A stretch of DNA of 64,000 bases from Blasia pusilla (taxonomy: Eukaryota), in NCBI GenBank assembly GCA_050084515.1, contig CM114271.1, positions 32,178,001 to 32,242,000 of the forward strand, read 5' to 3'. Both the position numbers and the translations under genes were made by a program. Of the stretch, positions 23,225 through 36,138 are shown one piece after another. The notes beneath the pieces were generated by a model that worked only from the letters and a program-made list of their open reading frames with translations, had not been told where the DNA came from and made no database searches. Each line of letters starts with the position of its first letter. Position 1 is the first letter of the stretch.

Positions 23225-26200
23225 TGTTAGATAAATACATTTTAGATAAAGGTATCAGGCTTAAACTAAATGTCTGTTAAAGGAACTATCTAATGCTGCT
23301 ACTCTCAGTGGTCCTTCATCTAACTAGCCACTTCGCCACTTGGTTAAAGTAGTGCTGTATCTTTTAGATGAGGTTTCGGGCTTAAATATCTGGAAACATC
23401 TCGCACTCTACTTTTAGTGGTTCCCCATCTAGCCACTTGGCCACTTGGCTAAAAGAGGTGCTGTAAAACTAGTAGGCTGTCCACCATCCAGTCTAGTATA
23501 TAGTCTGGGGCTTGGATGAGTACAGTCTACGAAGTTCTCGGTAAAGTTCATACACAGATCTGCTATCGTATCATTGCCATGGTGTTGAACATTTCTCATA
23601 TATTTACAACAGGTTATGGGCCTGAATGGGAATCAGGATGGTTTCCACGTTGGAATCTTTGATGGTTCTGACTGGAAAGAGTAGAACAGTTGTGTTCGTA
23701 GTCTTCTTGTTTACGGGGATTTATGGGACGCAGTTGCTATAACTGCAAGTAATACATCTGCGCCAGCTACGTCACCTACCTCTCTTTCTGAAAGTGCTGA
23801 TGAAGCGCCTGCACCTCAAGTATACTTCCGTCAACGTATACTTCAACACTAGACTATTCAGCAGAAGGAAAAATTAGACAATCAGGCTTGTTCTCTGATT
23901 CGTTTACATCTGACAGGAGAACCTCTGGCTTTAACAGAATATCTTGATACATCTCAAGTAGTGCGGGCCTGTCTATGTTGTAACTATGATACTACAGGTT
24001 CCTTTTCTATGCTACACTTACAGGCATCCATGTACAAACTCACTGTTGAATCTTGCAGATCACCTCGAGATTTTTCTTTCACAACTCAAGATTATTGCAA
24101 ATAATCTGGCATCCGCAGGTTGTCATGTTTCAAATACACATCTATTCACTTTTGCTATTCACAAACTTCCTGCTTAGTACAAGTCTCTTATTCACGTATT
24201 GATGCAGAAAGATAAACCTTCTTTTGACGATTTTCAAACTGGAGTAGTACATGATTCTGAACTAGACAAGCCTTCAAAATATGAAAGTATGCTGGTTTCC
24301 AATTCTCCTCACAAGTCTACCAGGAAATGTCCATTTCCTTCTACATCTACTCAGCATCAAAGAAACACTCCTCAGAGGCATACCAAAGAGCCTTACTGTT
24401 ACATTTGTAAGGAAAAAGATCATATCTGATGCAAAGGTCCTAGCAGAAAATTCCTCAAGAAATTTCGTGAGTCTTGCAAAACTCAATCAGAAGATAGTTC
24501 ATCTTTATTAATCAATACTTCACCTATCACTCAAGCATTAACATGCTCCACATCTGAGGAACTAACCAGATGAACCACTCTATATGTTCATGATGCAAAG
24601 ATCTTCTACACCTTGAGAATATGATTGACCAGCAGAAGTATCTCCTTGTACAAAGTCAGAGCTAGCATCAGCTAGACCATCCATGATTTCAGCTTGTACA
24701 CAATCAGCAAATCAGTTCCTATCTCTATTGCCAAATCAGAGCCCTACCATGATGTGACTCTTCTTACTATCTAAGAGATACTAAGAAGGATTCTACTCAG
24801 CCACACCTTGCACTCACACTACAGGTCCTCACATGTCACCAGCTCAGAGATCAGACATGGCTCACCATTGAGGACAAACAATCTCCATCAGCATACTAGA
24901 CAAAACAACCTGCCTTCCAGTGAGGCTCTAGCAAGCACAGCAATTAGTCTCAATCTCCTCTTCCTACTCTCTGATCACTCTGCAGCAGGACCAAGAGCCT
25001 CAGGAGTCCTCACCAAAACTGTGCATGCTGTAGAATTGGCTTCTGCTCTCTAAACAGAGACATTATATACATCAGGGTGAGCACTTCTGGCCCTTAGATC
25101 TTCTTGAACAGATCCATACCCTAAATAACAGATGGTGGCTAACCCTAACTCGAGAATTGCCCTAATTCAAGGTTACCCTAAAAGATATAGGAACACTAAG
25201 TTATCTCTAGCTAACTAAATTAGTATCCAACTAAGTTAGTATCTGACTAACTATTTTTAGAGCATGACTAAACTAGATATTAACAAATTTCAACACACCT
25301 ACTCCCAAGATCTTTCCAAACTTTGGATCCTTGATCCTTGTTCAAATTCTCATGTTTGTTGTCAAAGAGAATTGGTCTCTAATTTCCTTTCTATTTCTCC
25401 AATTCTCATTTCTGATATAGGCAATGTAAAAATATATGCTACAGCTATTGGGAATGTTCAACTAAAGCTTTTTGTCAAAGGCTTTTTTGTATCACATACT
25501 CTTTCCAATGTCCTGTTTATCCCTACAGTACAGCACAATATTGTTTCTGCGAAGAAACTTGCTGAAAATTCTACAGATACCCTTTTCTATTCTCACAATG
25601 TCTTTCGAACTCATCAAACAAGGTCATTGTCTAGGTACAGGTTTTGCCAGGCATGGCCTGTATCTAATTGAATGTCAATCTTGTATCCGACAAAATGTGG
25701 TCTTCGCAGCAAAGATGTTGTCTTCAGTGAAGATACTCCTCTCTCTTTTTCTCCTGGTTTTCATTCTTCATATTTTCCATGCTTTGATTCTTTTCCAATA
25801 GAAAACTCTGAACCAATAACTGTTCCTAAAGCAGTAGGAAAAACTACACTTCAGGCAGATATTGAAATAGTGGGAGGCCCCCAATCAGACACTGCATCAC
25901 AGACAAATCTTGAAATAGTGGGAGATCGTTCAGTAAAAACAGGTGCTATTGCGTTAGCAAAACCCAGGGGAAATCTGCCCACTTCTTTTCATCCTAGGCG
26001 ATCATCACGAACATCTATACCAGTACACATTTATGATGCTGCTCGCCCAAACATTCTTATCTCTTCTTGTGTCCAATCTGATCCAATCACTCGAACAGAA
26101 GCCCTCTCTAGACCAGATGCTCATGAATGGCAAACTGCTATGAAAGCTGAAATTACCTCTCTTCATGAAAAGAAAACTTGAATTCTTATACCAAATCCTA

Positions 26201-27994
26201 AAAAGCGCAAGTCATCCACAGATACTGCCAACATACTCTCTTGTAAATGGGTTTTCAAGATCAAACGGTCTTCTTCAGGACGTATGCTCAAGTACAAGCC
26301 CAGGCTGGTAGCTAAAGGCTATTCGCAGAAAGAAGGAATTGATTACAAAGAAACATTCTCTCCTGTCATAAATATCACTTCTCTTCAGATGCTTCGCTCC
26401 ATTGGTGCTGTTCGCAACGCTGAACTACATCAAATGGACGTCAAAACTGTTTCTCTTCATGGTGACCTACAAGAAATTATCTACAAGCATCAACCTCTAG
26501 GTTTTGAGGTAACTGATCAAGGTCCCAAGGTGTGTCTTCTGAAGAAAGCTCTTTATGGCTTAAAGCAATCCTCCCGAGCTTGGTATCAAAAGATGGATGG
26601 ATTCTTAACATCTGCAGGTTTTCTCAGAAGTACTTATGATCCTTGTTTGTTTCAGAAACGGTCTTCTACAGATCAATTACCCATAGTTGCTGTATATCTA
26701 GATGATCTTGCTATTCTAGCAGATAATCTCATTCAGCTACAACAATTCAAAACTCATGTTCAAACCATTTTTAAAATCGTTGACATGGGAGAGCTTCATC
26801 ACTTGTTAGGACTTCAGGTGGTGAGAGACAGAGCACGTCACAAGATTTCTTTGCATCAACAAAGGTGCATACATATGCCATGATAGTTGGAAGTCTTAGG
26901 TATGCTTCAACCATGACTCGCCCTGATATCTCTTTCAGTGTGGGCTAGTTATGTGAATGCATGTTCAACTATTTCATTGAGCATTGGCAAGCTGCTATGC
27001 ATGTGCTTAGGTATTTGAAGGGAACGTCCCATACGGGTATCATCTTTGATGGTTCCACCCATGATTTTACTCTTCAGGCCTATGCAGATGCCAGTTTCGC
27101 TTCTTCTAAAGATGATAGAAAATCTATTTCAGGATTCGCTCTTATCATGGCAGGAGGTGCAGTACATTGGGCCTCAAGGAAGCAGACAGTTACTGCACAG
27201 TCTACTATAGAAGCTGAATATATAGCCCTAAATGAGGCTACCAAAGAAATACTCTGGATTCGACATTTACTTGCTGAGAGTGGTTTTCCACAGCAAACTC
27301 CAACAATTCTTTATGAAGACAATCAAGCTGCAATTCAACCATTGAATAGTTTTTGCTCCAATTCCAAAATCCGACATTTGGAACAAAAATTCTTCTTCAT
27401 ATTAGAACACATCCAGCAACAAAATATTCGTCTACAAGAAATGTAGATCCTCAGTTAAGGCAGCTGATGTTTTAACTAAAAGTCTATCTAAAGACCAACA
27501 TTTTTCTTTACTCCAAATATTAGGAGGTAGGAAATGCAACTGAGTGGGAGATACAACACTTTTTGAGTAGACAGCTGCGTGTTTTTCCAGCTAGATCATT
27601 CTAGCTCAGTGGGAGTGTTAGATAAATACATTTTAGACAAAGGTATCAGGCTTAAACTAAATGTCTGTTAAAGGAACTATCTAATGCTGCTACTCTTAGT
27701 GGTCCTTCATCTAACTAGCCACTTGGTCACTTAGCTAAAGTAGCGCTGTATCTTTTAGATGAGGTTTCAGGCTTAAATATCTGGAACCATCTCACGCTCC
27801 ACTTTTAGTGGTTCCCCATCCAGCCATTTGGCTAAAAGAGGCGCTGTAAAACTAGTAGGCTATCCACCATCCAGACTAGTATATAGTCTGGGGCTTGGAT
27901 GAGTATAGTCTATGAAGTTCTCTGTAAAGTTCATACGCAGCTCTGCTATCATATCATTGCCATGGTGTCGTACATTTCTCATATATTTACAACA
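23225..27994 (+). mobile_element. Older, internally deleted Ty1/Copia element carrying a solo-LTR insertion
   Basis: LTRs 23225-23611 and 27616-27994 (TG...CA, visibly diverged); PBS GGTTATGGGCC at 23612; PPT AGTGGGAG at 27608; TSD GTGAG/TTGAG (4/5 match); CYICKEKDH, WILD, YKPRLVAKG, LYGLKQS, YLDD, YADASFA. Integrase core absent. Confidence 0.92.
24614..25295 (-). mobile_element. Solo LTR, 682 bp, copy 2
   Basis: Reverse complement of 4973-5654; perfect TSD CACCT (24609-24613 / 25296-25300). Confidence 0.93.
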
Positions 27995-28019
27995 TTGAGG
28001 TGGTGATATCACCTATGTT

Positions 28020-28890
28020 ATGAATGAATGAAGCATTTTACTGTCCACAGGGACCCCAAAAGGGCCATGATACTTTGATTTGCACATTGGAGAACAAGGT
28101 GGAGCACAACATCATAGGGTCTATGAGATCCTCTGTTCCAGGTGTTGCTCTATAGATTGCAGGCACCAATGAAAGAATCTAGCAATTTGGATCTGATTCT
28201 TGCTAGCCATGAAATGAGGGACCATGAGAGCAGGGCCTTGGAAGATATCAGAAAACTCTAGTCTAATGTTGTCATGGTAATAGCAATTGAAAAGATAGTG
28301 CATCAAGAATCCCTAAGCTGCAATGTTACATATTCTGTCTTCGCTTTTTGTTTGGGAGAAACTCTCGTTATCCAATTCAAGGTCAGTTGAGCCAAATCTG
28401 AATCTAATTATTGCATGACGAAGTTTGGTGGGCATGGGGGCAGAGATGCAATATGGCTGCTTTGCGGATCTCCCGGGATTCATGAAGTTGTGATAGTGTC
28501 GCATCCTTTCACCATTGTTCTTGCACTTCTTATTGCTCTTCTTCCAGATCTTCTGGTGCCTATTCCAGCTGACAGAGACATATATTCTACAATTCCTCTA
28601 AATGGTCTTTGTTGTTGCTTGTTGGGGAAAGTCATGGATTGAAATGGTCTATTTGTTAAAACCTTTCTCTGCAATCGTAGTACCAGTTCTTTGCCCAGCA
28701 GCAGTGCTGTTGTTAGAAGCTCGGAAAGGGCGGTTGGGATCTGTTCACATTTGCTAGCATCAGGTTACTTCCGGAAAGTGATCAGTTTCTTGATAGCATG
28801 AATTTCAATTGGTGCTTCATGGAATTCGGTTAGTATCAGGTCATGGGAAGTTGTTCTCGTAGTGCCCAGGCACTCTCGCATGAAGAGGTT
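28020..28890 (-). mobile_element. 5'-truncated, decayed LINE family B 3' fragment
   Basis: (TGAA)n tail at ~28020-28032; 3' UTR like 14826-14860; MRHYHNFMN...IIRFRFGSTDLEL. Confidence 0.85.
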
Positions 28891-28899
28891 TTGAGAGAA

Positions 28900-29190
28900 A
28901 CACCTTACTGTTCCCTTCATGTTGGAAGTTCTCAATCCTCCTTGCCTTTCTCACTCTCTTTGCCAGTTGGGTAAGCAGCTTTTGGCATAATTCTGTCTAG
29001 ACCAGTGGATGATCAGATATCAAGAATGACCTTCCCTCCATGTTGAGAGGATTTGTTATCCGCCACCTTCAGTCCACAATTGAGTTCTCCTCTTGGAAGT
29101 TGACCCTGATCCAGGCAGGTGCCCCCCTTGTGCTTAGAGGTCACTGCCATTAGTTGAAGTTATCTCAGTATTTTGGTCAAACTCTGAGAG
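28900..29190 (-). mobile_element. Decayed APE-region fragment of LINE family A
   Basis: Reverse complement resembles 4850-4945 and 5690-5830 (CTTCAACT.ATGGCA, GGGTCAACTTC). Confidence 0.6.
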
Positions 29191-29603
29191 ACGCTAGGTG
29201 GATTTTTTTACACTTTGGAAGATAGTTAGTTTCACAGCCTTGAGTTAATCAAAGGTCTCTGCATGCCCCGAAGAGCCGGTGCAATGGGTTGGGAAATTAA
29301 TTAAACAATGATTTGGTGCTTAGATGTATCTGGAAGGATATAGAGGACAGGTGAATTCTCTGCCAAGAAACTTCCATGTTGTATACGGTAGCAATTTTAT
29401 TCCTTGCCATTTGGATTGGAGAGAGCTTCCATCACCTATTTTAGCATTTGCTTGTTGATGGAGATTTAAGTGTATGGATGGTGTTTTTCCAACGCATTTG
29501 CTTTGCTCATCTGCTGCAGGCATTTGCATCACTAATTTGGTTTCAAGCCATGGATATCGATTTGAGGTTGTCTATTTGAGTTACACCTGTCATTTTTTAA
29601 GAG

Positions 29604-31753
29604 ATGAAGCCAATCACCTTTGGCTTCATTGGAGCTGCCTCAGTCATCATGATGGCAGGCCTTGTCTTGATTCTCTTCAGGGCTTTCCTCTTCTTTCAAC
29701 GGAAGAAGAAGGAGCCTGTTCTCCCGCTATCCCATCCCAAAGGGAAGGAGTCATCATCATCATCATCATTCAGATTGAAGGCTCAAGGTAAGGAAGCTGC
29801 CTTGAACTGAATATTTATTTCAAGTCTTTACGGGAGTGGTTGAATGAGCTCACATATTGAACAGTCACAAAATTGAAAAGAGAGGATAGTGAATTGAGGA
29901 ATTCTTCTGCTCTACATTTGAAGGTTTTAGATCTTGCTTTTGACTTGAGGATTCAATGAACTGGAATTCAGACCGAGGACGATTATTCACATTTAGGGAG
30001 GCTGAAGATGTTAGTGAAGGCTTTAGTAATCACATCGGTGATGGGACTACCTACCTCGTATTCAAAGGAATACTTTCTGATGGGACTGAGGTGGCTATCA
30101 AACGCATGAGGGAAAACTTGGTCAATGTCGACAGTGAAGAAATGAAATTTCAGTTGCAGGTCAGTTTACTTTCGCTGCAACCTTTAATCTCCAAAAGCTC
30201 AGAAGGTTGTGGACCAGGAATTGCCACATCCTGTATACGAGTGAGTTCTCATGGGGGTTTGCACAGCAGAAGTATCTTCTGTGCTCATCTTCAACATCTC
30301 AGTGAAAAATAAAGCTTATTCATCACTTCTACTACTGCTAGCTGCTTCCACTTATCTGTGGATTTGTGCAATTAATTTTTCCTGTCAGCTGATTCCCTGT
30401 CATGTGGTTGCAGGTTGACTTACTTTACCGTGTCCATCATCAGCACATTGTCAACCTTATTGGATACTGTGATGAGAAACCCCATCGGTCAGTGTGTTAT
30501 TACACTCTGCATTGAACCCTCAGTCATTTAGATAGCACCATAGGTCGTAGCTAGGTTTCCTGATGGGGCTTATTGAAGTCTTACTACTTTACTTTCGGGT
30601 GTACGGATGCAGCAGGATGCTACTTTGCCAGTACGCTCCCAATGGTTCCCTTTTCGAAACACTTCACGGTGCGTGCCCATAAAGTAATGGTAGCGTTGGA
30701 AGGAGGGAGTGAGATGAATTGCCTTTCCTTCATCTATTGAGGGTGCTTATTGTGTCTGACCGTCTCCTAGGATCTTTCTCTTTTGAACAAACACCCCGTG
30801 CTGAATGATCCTCGCAGGTGAGATCCAAGATGAACTACTTACTTGGAAACAAAGACTGAGAATAGCAATGGGAATAGCATATGGGCTTTCCTATTTACAT
30901 CACTCTTGCAACCCTCCAATTATCCATGGAGAGCTGACATCTGTCAATGTAATGCTAACAGAAGACTACGCAGCTAAGGTGAATAATTTTCTGTTCAGGA
31001 ACCCTCTGCAATGTTGGGTGGTATCACACTTTAGGTTCTTTGCACGCAAAAAGAATGGCTGGTAACTTTACACCAGAACTATCATTTTGAGTGCTCTGCC
31101 AATTTAATGAGTCCTTCAAATTTCTTCAAGGTGGGAAAGTTAGTTTGTTGCTCATTTCAGATTGATGAAGTAATATGGTTTGTTGCAGATTAACGGGTTG
31201 GGCAAGGTTCCTCTACTACGATCTAACTCCGAGTTTCAAGTTGGAAGATTATCCAATGAGGATGCACAAAAGCAATCCAAATCTGGAAGGAAGTTTCTGT
31301 ACAGTCGCGCAGGCGACGTATATTCTTTTGGAGTTCTGTTGCTAGAACTTCTGTCTGGAAAGGAAGCTTACAGTGATGAGTACGGCATGCTTGCAGAATG
31401 GGTAATGAGCTCTTTCCTGTGTGTTTTACGAAAGGAAGTCGTAATATTTGGTCTTTCACCTCAGCTCATATGATGAAGTTGGGTTCTTCTGGGTAATGCA
31501 GGCGATGCCGTTTCTGGTGGACAAAGAACGTATAGTGTGCCTCATGGATTCCAGTCTGAAAAATGTAAATACCTTGGAGTACTGTGCCGTATGTGAAATT
31601 GCACGTATGTGTATACAAAACGAAAGCAGCTCAAGACCCCGAATGAGTGAGGTGTTGAGTATGCTACACCAAATTGTGAACATATCTGTAGAAGTAGCGG
31701 CCCCAATCAGCAGTCCAGTCACTTTGAGAGGACTGATGGCAGCTTTTAGCTGA
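29604..31753 (+). CDS. Spliced receptor-like pseudokinase (TM plus kinase; resembles the LRR-VI/MDIS-MRH1 type). Exons: 29604-29787, 29972-30159, 30414-30487, 30613 or 30616-30668, 30818-30978, 31189-31401, 31502-31753
   Basis: GT-AG introns join into one open frame: TM helix plus RKKK, FTFREAEDVSEGFSNHIG, VAIK, HHQHIVNLIGYC, YAPNGSLFETLH, WKQRLRIAMGIAYGLSYLH, LTEDYAAK, DVYSFGVLLLELLSGK, RPRMSEV. The 5' end is uncertain. Confidence 0.88.
29750..29769 (+). repeat. (TCA)n microsatellite encoding poly-Ser in the juxtamembrane region
   Basis: TCATCATCATCATCATCA, read as ESSSSSSF. Confidence 0.85.
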
Positions 31754-32832
31754 AGTTCACTTTTCATTTGATGCTGGGCAGCCTTTCTATTGTCTCATTT
31801 AACATTCGAAGCTCTCATGAAAACGAATCACTGGAGTCGTTATCTCCAATATCCCATCCAAGTTAGCATTCTTTCTCGATGGAGACTGAACAGATTAGGA
31901 CTATTCTATGGGTCAAGTACTCACATTTACACCTGTCAGGCAGATGTTTGGGTGAAATGTTTCCTTCTGTCACATATGAGTGCGGGGTGTCATGTCAAAG
32001 TGGGAATTTCCCGTAGTTTTATCTCTCGTTGTCAATTGGTTCCCTTGAGGGAACCAATTGATAATATGACACCTAGGATCATCATGCGAAGGATCCTAGG
32101 TGGGGCTGCAATTGTCTGTCACTGTCAGTGAAATTGGTGATGTATAGGTTTATTCCCTCGTGTGATGTGCTATGTCTACAACTCCGTGGGAGCTAGGCTC
32201 AGCCCGAAGCCTACCTGCCATTGTCAGCCTCAACAAAAGGGCTTACCAGAATCACACAGAGCGACCAGGCCGAGGTGTTAACAAGGAGTGGAATTTGACG
32301 AGAAAAATACCAATGCAGGTAAGATAAGAGAGATGGGATGAAATAGTGAGAACTTAAATACACACCTGGATGAGAAGCCCACCTTCACGAGCACACTACG
32401 GAGGATTGAATTTACTTCAACCAATTCATGATGGTGATGCGAGGGAAGCAGCAGCTGTGCACACTCATGCAGCATACAGACGTAGGTCTAACTAGGGTTC
32501 CTCAACCCTAGTGAGGCCTACGTCTGTTAGTACTTGTATCCAAGCCTGGAGAAGCCCATGTAGAGAAGCCCATGTGAGTACTTAGTGGTAGTAGTCATTC
32601 TTCACAATAGCACGTTGCCACGAGAGATAATCAAGTTCCTACACATGTGAGTACTAGATGTAAGATTACACATTATTGCAATAATAATTGGAATCCATTT
32701 CACAGAGACAAGCAGCTTTAGTGAAGCCCATAGTTGCGTGTGGCCTTGCATTAAGGGCTGGCTAGGCTAGCTTCTATCCTTGGCCGCTTTGGGTGGGGGG
32801 CATAGGGAAGGCGGTTCCTAAAAAATTGGAAG

Positions 32833-33150
32833 CAGGCCAGGTTGAAACTGGATGGTTGGTGAGATATCCCGGAAGCCTCCATTGATAGATTATAGACTTG
32901 GTCGAATTGAAGAAAGATGAATCTCAATCAATATGCATGATGGAAAACCCATCCGAAAAACAAAAGAGCGGGACTCGAATAGTCAAGTATCCAGCTAGGT
33001 TGAGACTGGATGGTTGGTGGGATATCTCGAAAGCCTCAATTGATAGATTATGGACTTGGACGAATTGAAGAAAGATGAATCTCAATAAATATGCATGATG
33101 GAAGACCCATTTGAAAAACAAAAGAGGGGGACTCAAAGAATCACGTACCT
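32833..33150. repeat. Tandem direct duplication, period 158 bp
   Basis: AGGTTGA.ACTGGATGGTTGGTG at 32839 and 32997; the two units are colinear throughout. Confidence 0.9.
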
Positions 33151-34109
33151 AATAGGCCACAACCGGCTCTGAAAAGGAAGAAGGGGACATTCCCCCTACT
33201 GGAGAAAGGAGAATGGATTGAACTTTAGATTGTTTGTATGTTGGTGGATTACAAAAACTAACACATGAGGGGATTAAGTAGGGGTTAGTAGAAAGATTCA
33301 ACATACAGCTGTCCATATGTTGAATCTTTGCTGTCGGGCGGATGTTAGTTTGTGGGTTTGGGGTTTGTACTCCATTATCAACTTGTTTGGCCCTAATCTT
33401 CCTTAATCTTTTAAGTAATTGAATAGGATTACGCAAAGATGTGAAATTGTGGGCCTAGGAATAGTGCTTTGAAAAGTGAGAAACTTTACGTTCACATGAG
33501 GATTACATTTTGGATTACCCTGGATTTGTCTTGGTAATCAGCGTTTACAAGAGCTCGTACTCCATCAAACACTGAGCGGATAGAGTTTGAATGCGTACAT
33601 TGTGCTCCGAGAGTGTTTTTGGATTTTTCCTTTAAGAAGTTACATTTTGCAACCTGAAATGTATTGTGTTTGCAAGTACGTTCACAAGGAAGCATGTAGT
33701 GGGCTCCGGACGAGTAAATGTATAATGTGTGCATCATTTTTCATATGGATTGGCATGGGTGAATGGTTTAGGACCAGGTTTCCGTTTGAATGTGTTGGAT
33801 TTAGTAGAGTTGAAATCTATTATGTTCAATGCTACACATTTGCTAGTAAGTGGTCAAGCAAGTATCTTCATTAGTGTATACGACAGTTTTTTCACGTTTT
33901 TGTTATTGTATTTGTTCATTATTCATTATTGTATTCTGGTTAGGTGGAATTTATTCACTATCACACTCACTTTCCCCATGTTCTTCACATGGAATTGATC
34001 CATCATAAAACTATCATCCCCCACACGATCGAACAGACATGATCAACATTTAGTAATGGTGAAAAACACCAAATATTATGGTGCATTTGCTTGGACCTTT
34101 CTTAAGTGA

Positions 34110-34680
34110 CACTTGGTTTAGTATGGTCATAGAAAAGAGGTATGGATTCCCTTAGATAGGTTTGAAGACTTTATTCACGGTGAAGAATGTAAAGCGCACT
34201 ATGAAACCACATTTTGCAAAAGTGAGACTCGCAAATCTAGACACATGAATGTCATTTTATGGTATTGGTTTGCATGTGGGCCGTAGGATTTAAGGCCTGC
34301 TACCCTTGCCTTCCTAATGGAGGCAAGGGTAGAAGGCTAGAAAGCTAACGCAAACATCATCGCTTTCTAAAGGGCATAGATGCCAATTCCCATTCGCTAT
34401 TATAACCTCAAAAGACCATCATGGTTGTTGCAAGTTGATGCATATGATTTTGAAGCATGTGACAAGGAGGGGGTGGGGTTTCTCCCGAATTTGAGTTCGG
34501 ATTGTAGGGACTCTGTTGAGTGCTTGTTGAAGTGAATGTGAGCCCCTTAAATATCATGGAGGAGCATAAGAGGTGGATTTGCAAATATATTTGTGAAAAT
34601 TCTAGTGAGGAACAAGCGTGGGGCAAGGATGCCATACTAAACCTGTAAGATATCATGAATGCTAAGCATTCAATGTGAAG
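34110..34680 (+). pseudogene. Decayed Mutator/SWIM-type transposase-like N-terminal fragment
   Basis: Own translation gives WIPLDRFEDFIHGEE...TTF, YWFACGP*D, KGHRCQF and IMEEHKRWI...KDAILNL*DIMN, resembling plant MULE-like proteins as I recall them. No DDE core seen. Confidence 0.5.
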
Positions 34681-34682
34681 AA

Positions 34683-36138
34683 GGAGACAATCTCTAGCTT
34701 ATGGAAAACCTTGGATCCTTGGAGGATGTATCACTACACAATATACATCATTGTTAATTCCTACAAGCACATAAACACAAGAAACAACATTGTTAATTCC
34801 TAAGAAACTCCACTCACTCATAACATTGGTTTTGAGTAGTTGAGCTAGTTGGAAGCTTGCTTTTTGTGGATCATCACTCCATATACTATAAGTCAAGAGT
34901 TCTTGTAAATCTACTATGTAAAGGTCTTTTTTGAGATGGATATGAGCTCATCTCGAGAATTTCATATGCTAGAGGGAGACTATCTCTAGCTTGCGGCAAT
35001 CTTTCACCTTGGTTATTTTACACCTTGGATCCTTGTTGTGCGCGTATGTATCACTACACAATATACCCTCGTTGTTAATGCCTACAAACAGGAGGGAAGT
35101 GCGGTAGATGGATGCTGATGGTGCTACTACAATCCAATATTGGGTATGAGCTCATCTCGATAATTTCATATACAGGGAGACAATCTCTAGCTTGCGGAAA
35201 TCTTTCACCTTGGATCCTTGTTGTGCGCGTATGTATCACTACACAATATACATCATTGTTAATTCCTACAAGCACATAAACACAAGAAACTCCACTCACT
35301 CATAACATTGGTTTTGAGTAGTTGAGCTAGTTGGAAGCTTGCTTTTTGTGGATCATCACTCCATATACTATAAGTCAAGAGTTCTTGTAAATCTACTATG
35401 TAAAGGTCTTTTTTTGCGAGATGGAAGCGATGGTGCTACTGCAATCCAATATTGGGTATGAGCTCATCTCGAGAATTTCATATGCTAGAGGGAGACTATC
35501 TCTAGCTTGCGGCAATCTTTCACCTTGGTTATTTTACACCTTGGATCCTTGTTGCAAAGTAGATGGATCTTTGATGGTGCTACTACAATCCAATATTGGG
35601 TATGAGCTCATCTGCTTTGCGGAAATCTTTCACCTTATCCAAAGCGTATGTATCACTACACAATATACATCATTGTTATGTATCACTACACAATATACCC
35701 TCGTTGTTAATGCCTACAAACACATAAACACAAGAAACTCTACTCACTTACAACAATGGTTTTGAGTAGTTAAGCTAGTTGGAAGCTTGCTTTTTGTGGA
35801 TCATCACTCCATATACTATAAGTCAAGAGTTCTTGTAAATCTACCATGTAAAGGTCTTTTTTGCAAGATGGAAGCGATGGTGCTACTGCAATCCAATATT
35901 GGGTATGAGCTCATCTCGAGAATTTCATATGCTAGAGAGAGACTATCTCTAGCTTGCGGCAATCTTTCACCTGGTTATTTTACACCTTGGATCCTTGTTG
36001 TGCGCGTATGTATCACTACACAATATACATCGTTGTTAATGCCTACAATCACATAAAAACAAGAAACTCTACTCACTTACAATAGTGGTTTTGAGTAGTT
36101 GAGCTAGTTGGAAGCTTGCTTTTTATGGATTATCACTC
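34683..36138. repeat. Irregular tandem repeat array, 3-4 units of ~330-480 bp
   Basis: Anchor CCATATACTATAAGTCAAGAG at 34879, 35361 and 35809; sub-blocks are shuffled. Confidence 0.9.
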
